A stretch of 37,646 nucleotides of DNA from Candidatus Njordarchaeota archaeon (GTDB lineage: Archaea > Asgardarchaeota > Njordarchaeia > Njordarchaeales > Njordarchaeaceae). The notes beneath the pieces are model-generated. The model was given only the letters and a program-made list of their open reading frames with translations, had not been told where the DNA came from and did not search any database. Made by a program: the position numbers and the translations under genes. This document shows positions 34,046 to 37,646 of the stretch, in pieces; positions within the stretch are counted from its first letter, which is position 1; each line of letters opens with the position of its first letter. The DNA lies in the NCBI GenBank assembly GCA_029856055.1, contig JAHQWF010000004.1, forward strand, positions 1 through 37,646, given 5' to 3'.

Positions 34046-37000
34046 TTATTTCTTCTCGCTTTTTTGAAGGCGAATTGGTCTTTTAGCATACCCTAATCTA
34101 ACATATCCTGTTCCAACAGGTGGGATTCCTCCCACTATAACGTTTTCGGTAGCACCTAATAGTGGATCTATCATACCTATTGCAGCCGCCCCGAATAGAT
34201 GCTTGCCAGTTTCCTCGAATGCCGCTCTAGCTAGTACACTTGATTTTCTACCCACTATGCCATATCTACCTATGGCCTCGATTTCCCCGTGCATTGTCAT
34301 TACGTCTGCTACATAAAGTATGTGACGTAAATCGACATCTAGACCGTACTGATCAAGTACTTTTTTAGCCTCCTTCACTATTAATCTACGAGCTGCTTCT
34401 ATACCAAATACTCTAGCGAAAGCATGAATACTGTTTGTTTCTAGTCTTGATAAATCGATTCCATCAATGTATAGTAATGGGACGATATCCGGTGAGGGTA
34501 TAAGAATATAGTATTCCCCGAATTCAGATTTTCTTAATTGGGCTTTTTCGTAACCTTTTATACCTCTAAAGACCTTCTCTCTAATCTTCTTGAAGACATC
34601 GGGGATTGTTACCTCATCAGATGCTGGATATACATTGATCGTGTATTTTGCCTCATGAACTACTTCTACTTTTCCTATTTTCTTCAGTTCTTCAACCACT
34701 ATTTCTGGTGTCAAGTTTAGCCTTTTTAGATCATCTTTATTTAAAAGAATCCTTATACGATTAAGTTCTGGTTGGAAGACTAAACCATCTTTCCGAATTA
34801 TGTCATAAATCATTATTGCCTTGATTTTATTTAGGATTTCCCGTGATTTACGCTCGCTGTTTTTGTGCTTATCATCTAGAAAAACGCTGATCATTGGTGT
34901 GCTTGGTCTCTCTACCGCATCGAAAATCTCTTTTAATCTTGGTAAACCAGTTGTTATGCTAAATGCTGCTACACCGGCCCAGTGGAAAGTTCTTAATGTT
35001 AACTGTGTTGCTGGTTCACTTATTGATTGTGCAGCCACGGTTCCGATGGCTTCACCGGGGTCAATGATAGCTCTTAGGTACTTTTCTCTTATTCTATTAA
35101 CTAATTCGTTCGTTTCCTCTTTGGTTAATACATATCCTTTCTTAAGCATTTTTTCAAATAGATCCTTAAGATCTTCGGCTACGGATTCGGATATATCGTC
35201 CCTTAAAGCATTGATTGCGTCATCATAATGTTTTGGCCATTTCTTGGATCTAGATTTAGTAGTTTTACCTTGATCCTCTCTTCTCACAATTATTTCATAG
35301 AAGATAGATTCAAAATCAGCCAGTTTGCCATGATAGCTCTTACCAGGATGCACACCGTCTCCTCCATATTTAAACTGAACAATATACCCACCCATCATTC
35401 TAGCTGTGCCATCATATTCTATCCTACTATCCTGAAGAGCGTTCACTAGCCTTCTATAGAAGTAACCACTATCAGCAGTTCTAACGGCTGTGTCAACTAG
35501 GCTATCTCGTCCCGCAGCGTTATGGAAGAAATATTCGATTGGATTCATACCTGTAGTGAAACTGTTCATTACAAAACCGCCAGCAAATGGACCAATATCA
35601 CCTTTCTTAAAGTGTGACAACGTTCTACCATCATATCCCCTGCCTAGACGTTTTCCTCTTACGACCGGTTGTCCTATACATGCGATTACTTGCTGTATGT
35701 TTGTCTCATCTCCTCTAGCTCCCGTTACCGTCATAGTAATGAATTGACTATCCATAGGAATATGCCTCATTATCGCGTTTCCGGCCTCTGAGCGTGCTTT
35801 GTCTAGTACCTCGATTATTTTGTTTTCAAATGTATCTTTGCGTGTCAATCCAGGTTCTGCTTGCGAGCGTCCCTCTATGTAATCCTTTACTAATTTATCA
35901 GCCTCCTCCAAGTATTTTCTTATAGTTTCCTTTATCTCTTTCTTTGCTTCAGGAGGGATACGGACATCCCATATAGTTAAACTGAACCCTCTATCAGTCA
36001 AGTAACGGCTTATCATAGCGCCCATGTGGTTTAGGAACCTCTTACCTTCTTCGTAACCGTATCTCTCTATGATTTTATGCACGAGATTCTTTGGTTTTTC
36101 AGCTCCAATAGCATTTTTATCTACTACTCCCTCGATTATTTCGCCATTCCATATTTTGACTTTACATCGCTCATGTAGCTGTTTGCCACAGAGAATTCCT
36201 TTGATTTCGCCTTCATAAAAGATATATTTTGGAAGAATCTTAGAGAAAATGACTTTTCCATCCCAAAACTCTTTTTTATTTATTTTCTTTGTAGACGGAG
36301 GCAATGTATCGATACCTGCATAACACAGTAACTGAACAACTTCTTCCTTGCTTAGTAGTGTCCCATCTCTCGTCAGTAGATATGCGCCGGTTATATAGTC
36401 TTGTTTAGGTCCAATTATAGGGCCCCCATATCTCGGACTTATGATGTGTCTTTTTACTTCCATTATGGTTGATACCTCAGCTCTAGTCTCATAGGATCGA
36501 GGCAGATGTACATTCATTTCATCCCCATCAAAGTCCGCATTGTACGGTGGGCAAGTCATCAAATGTAGTCTAAATGTGTTATAAGGTAAGACCCTCACAT
36601 AATGCCCCATCATACTAATTCTGTGTAATGTTGGCTGTCTATTGAAGACAACTGTATCTCCATCTAGTAGATGCCTCTCAACTATGTCTCCTGGCTTAAG
36701 TTCCTGGGCTTTCGCTTCTCTTTCCTCTCTACTCTTGAAGACCTCTAATAGTATCTTATTGTATGTTCCTGGGCTTGTCTTTTTCAGGATATATGAGGCT
36801 CCTGGATAAACGTCAGGACCGTTAATTACTAACTGTTTCAATCTCTCTAGGTTTAATTCATTTACTACTTCGGGAACCCACAGTGTTTTAGCTACTTTCT
36901 CGGGGATACCTATCTCGTCTATACTTAAATAGGGATCTGGAGAAATCACAGCCCTACCAGAGAAATCTACTCTCTTACCGCTCAAGTTATGTCTGAATTG

Positions 37001-37646
37001 ACCTTCTTTCCCAGACAACCTATGGATTATTCCGCGTACAAAGACGTTTTCGACTTTTATCTCACCAACTTTATGTAAACCGTACAGGGCTTTAACAAGT
37101 TTCTGTAGCTTCTGCCATAGCTGAGTGATTACTTGTGGAGGGCCACCACGCATCTTACTTCTTAATTGCTCATTAACTCGAGCAATGTCTCTAATTGTTA
37201 TGGTTAAGTGATCCTCGGATCTAAGTCCCTCCGCCGTCCTTACGGGAGGTCTAGCATTAATAGGGGGTACTGGCAGAATAGTTAGAATAGTCCATTCCGG
37301 TCTAGCTAATTCTGGGTTAAATCCAATTAAGTAAACATCTTTCTCTCTTTCTTTTTTCTCTTCCTCATCGTGTATAAAGTCGGGGTCATATGTCTGTGCT
37401 AACATGTCTCGTATTTGTTTAGGTGAAAAGTAAATGTTCACGTAGTATTTTCCGCCTTTAGTTATTACTCTCTGTCTTCTTCCTATTCCAACGGTGTCAA
37501 CATCAGATATCATAAATTGTTTTTCTTCTCTTATCTTTTCAGCTTCCTCTTTACTAAATTCAATTCTTTTTACAAAAGTCATCTCGGTTTTGGAATAAAT
37601 GAACTTCCCCTCTTTTTTAGTACCGCAATAAGGACACTCACTATAC
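34046..37646 (-). CDS. rpoA: DNA-directed RNA polymerase largest subunit, unsplit A'+A'' (5' end outside window)
   Basis: The frame stays open upstream of the ATG at 37582 to the window edge, and my translation there is YSECPYCGTKKEGKFIYSKTE-MTFV. It contains A' markers (RPEWTILTILPVPPINARP, NADFDGDEMNVHLP) and A'' markers (IDPGEAIGTVAAQSISEPATQLTLRTFH, GLPRLKEIFDA) in one uninterrupted frame. Confidence 0.92.
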   Translation of the reverse strand, partial: YSECPYCGTKKEGKFIYSKTEMTFVKRIEFSKEEAEKIREEKQFMISDVDTVGIGRRQRVITKGGKYYVNIYFSPKQIRDMLAQTYDPDFIHDEEEKKEREKDVYLIGFNPELARPEWTILTILPVPPINARPPVRTAEGLRSEDHLTITIRDIARVNEQLRSKMRGGPPQVITQLWQKLQKLVKALYGLHKVGEIKVENVFVRGIIHRLSGKEGQFRHNLSGKRVDFSGRAVISPDPYLSIDEIGIPEKVAKTLWVPEVVNELNLERLKQLVINGPDVYPGASYILKKTSPGTYNKILLEVFKSREEREAKAQELKPGDIVERHLLDGDTVVFNRQPTLHRISMMGHYVRVLPYNTFRLHLMTCPPYNADFDGDEMNVHLPRSYETRAEVSTIMEVKRHIISPRYGGPIIGPKQDYITGAYLLTRDGTLLSKEEVVQLLCYAGIDTLPPSTKKINKKEFWDGKVIFSKILPKYIFYEGEIKGILCGKQLHERCKVKIWNGEIIEGVVDKNAIGAEKPKNLVHKIIERYGYEEGKRFLNHMGAMISRYLTDRGFSLTIWDVRIPPEAKKEIKETIRKYLEEADKLVKDYIEGRSQAEPGLTRKDTFENKIIEVLDKARSEAGNAIMRHIPMDSQFITMTVTGARGDETNIQQVIACIGQPVVRGKRLGRGYDGRTLSHFKKGDIGPFAGGFVMNSFTTGMNPIEYFFHNAAGRDSLVDTAVRTADSGYFYRRLVNALQDSRIEYDGTARMMGGYIVQFKYGGDGVHPGKSYHGKLADFESIFYEIIVRREDQGKTTKSRSKKWPKHYDDAINALRDDISESVAEDLKDLFEKMLKKGYVLTKEETNELVNRIREKYLRAIIDPGEAIGTVAAQSISEPATQLTLRTFHWAGVAAFSITTGLPRLKEIFDAVERPSTPMISVFLDDKHKNSERKSREILNKIKAIMIYDIIRKDGLVFQPELNRIRILLNKDDLKRLNLTPEIVVEELKKIGKVEVVHEAKYTINVYPASDEVTIPDVFKKIREKVFRGIKGYEKAQLRKSEFGEYYILIPSPDIVPLLYIDGIDLSRLETNSIHAFARVFGIEAARRLIVKEAKKVLDQYGLDVDLRHILYVADVMTMHGEIEAIGRYGIVGRKSSVLARAAFEETGKHLFGAAAIGMIDPLLGATENVIVGGIPPVGTGYVRLGYAKRPIRLQKSEKK

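Noticed and set aside
34538-35747. Plus-strand ORFs lie inside rpoA (34538-34720, 34821-35228, 35228-35449, 35490-35747).
   Set aside because: They are antisense to an unambiguous RNA polymerase frame and are therefore shadow ORFs.
1-37646. I scanned the window for CRISPR arrays, tandem repeats, integrases or transposases, toxin-antitoxin pairs and known defence genes.
   Set aside because: No direct-repeat/spacer periodicity, no recombinase-like ORFs and no recognisable defence domains were found. The only PIN domain belongs to the conserved COG1855 ATPase linked to csl4.

Overview
AT-rich archaeal chromosomal segment that is almost fully coding. By eye, conserved informational genes run about 45-50% GC and lineage-specific ORFs about 30-33%. 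I see no mobile elements, CRISPR arrays, rRNA or tRNA genes. Recognisable housekeeping genes are uS7, uL3-uL4-uL23, uS9, eS24-eS27ae, AspRS, ornithine carbamoyltransferase, Rpo7, TFS, Csl4, a PIN-ATPase-KH protein, AglB, a TtuA/Ncs6-like PP-loop ATPase, Topo VI subunit B, an M24 peptidase, a presenilin homologue, a rhomboid, a geranylgeranyl reductase and the RNA polymerase largest subunit. These genes are not in the usual archaeal superoperons. The ribosomal clusters are broken into small pieces, each followed by lineage-specific genes. rpoA is a single unsplit A'+A'' reading frame, detached from the L30e-NusA-S12-S7 block. Most worth a second look: (1) top6B is translationally coupled to an asparagine-synthase-like protein with degenerate catalytic motifs, in the slot where top6A normally sits. 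(2) uS7 is followed by an unknown 294-aa protein and a Roadblock/LC7 protein, where EF-2/EF-1alpha normally follow. (3) A minus-strand block holds a TPR protein, an in-frame TGA, a membrane domain with no canonical start codon, and a 630-aa signal-less protein with about five beta-sandwich domains. (4) A well-formed C/D box sRNA candidate lies in a GC island of a 522-nt AT-rich spacer. (5) A minimal CdvA-like PRC-barrel protein. (6) Several apparent pseudoenzymes. All family assignments come from motif reading by eye, with no searches run.
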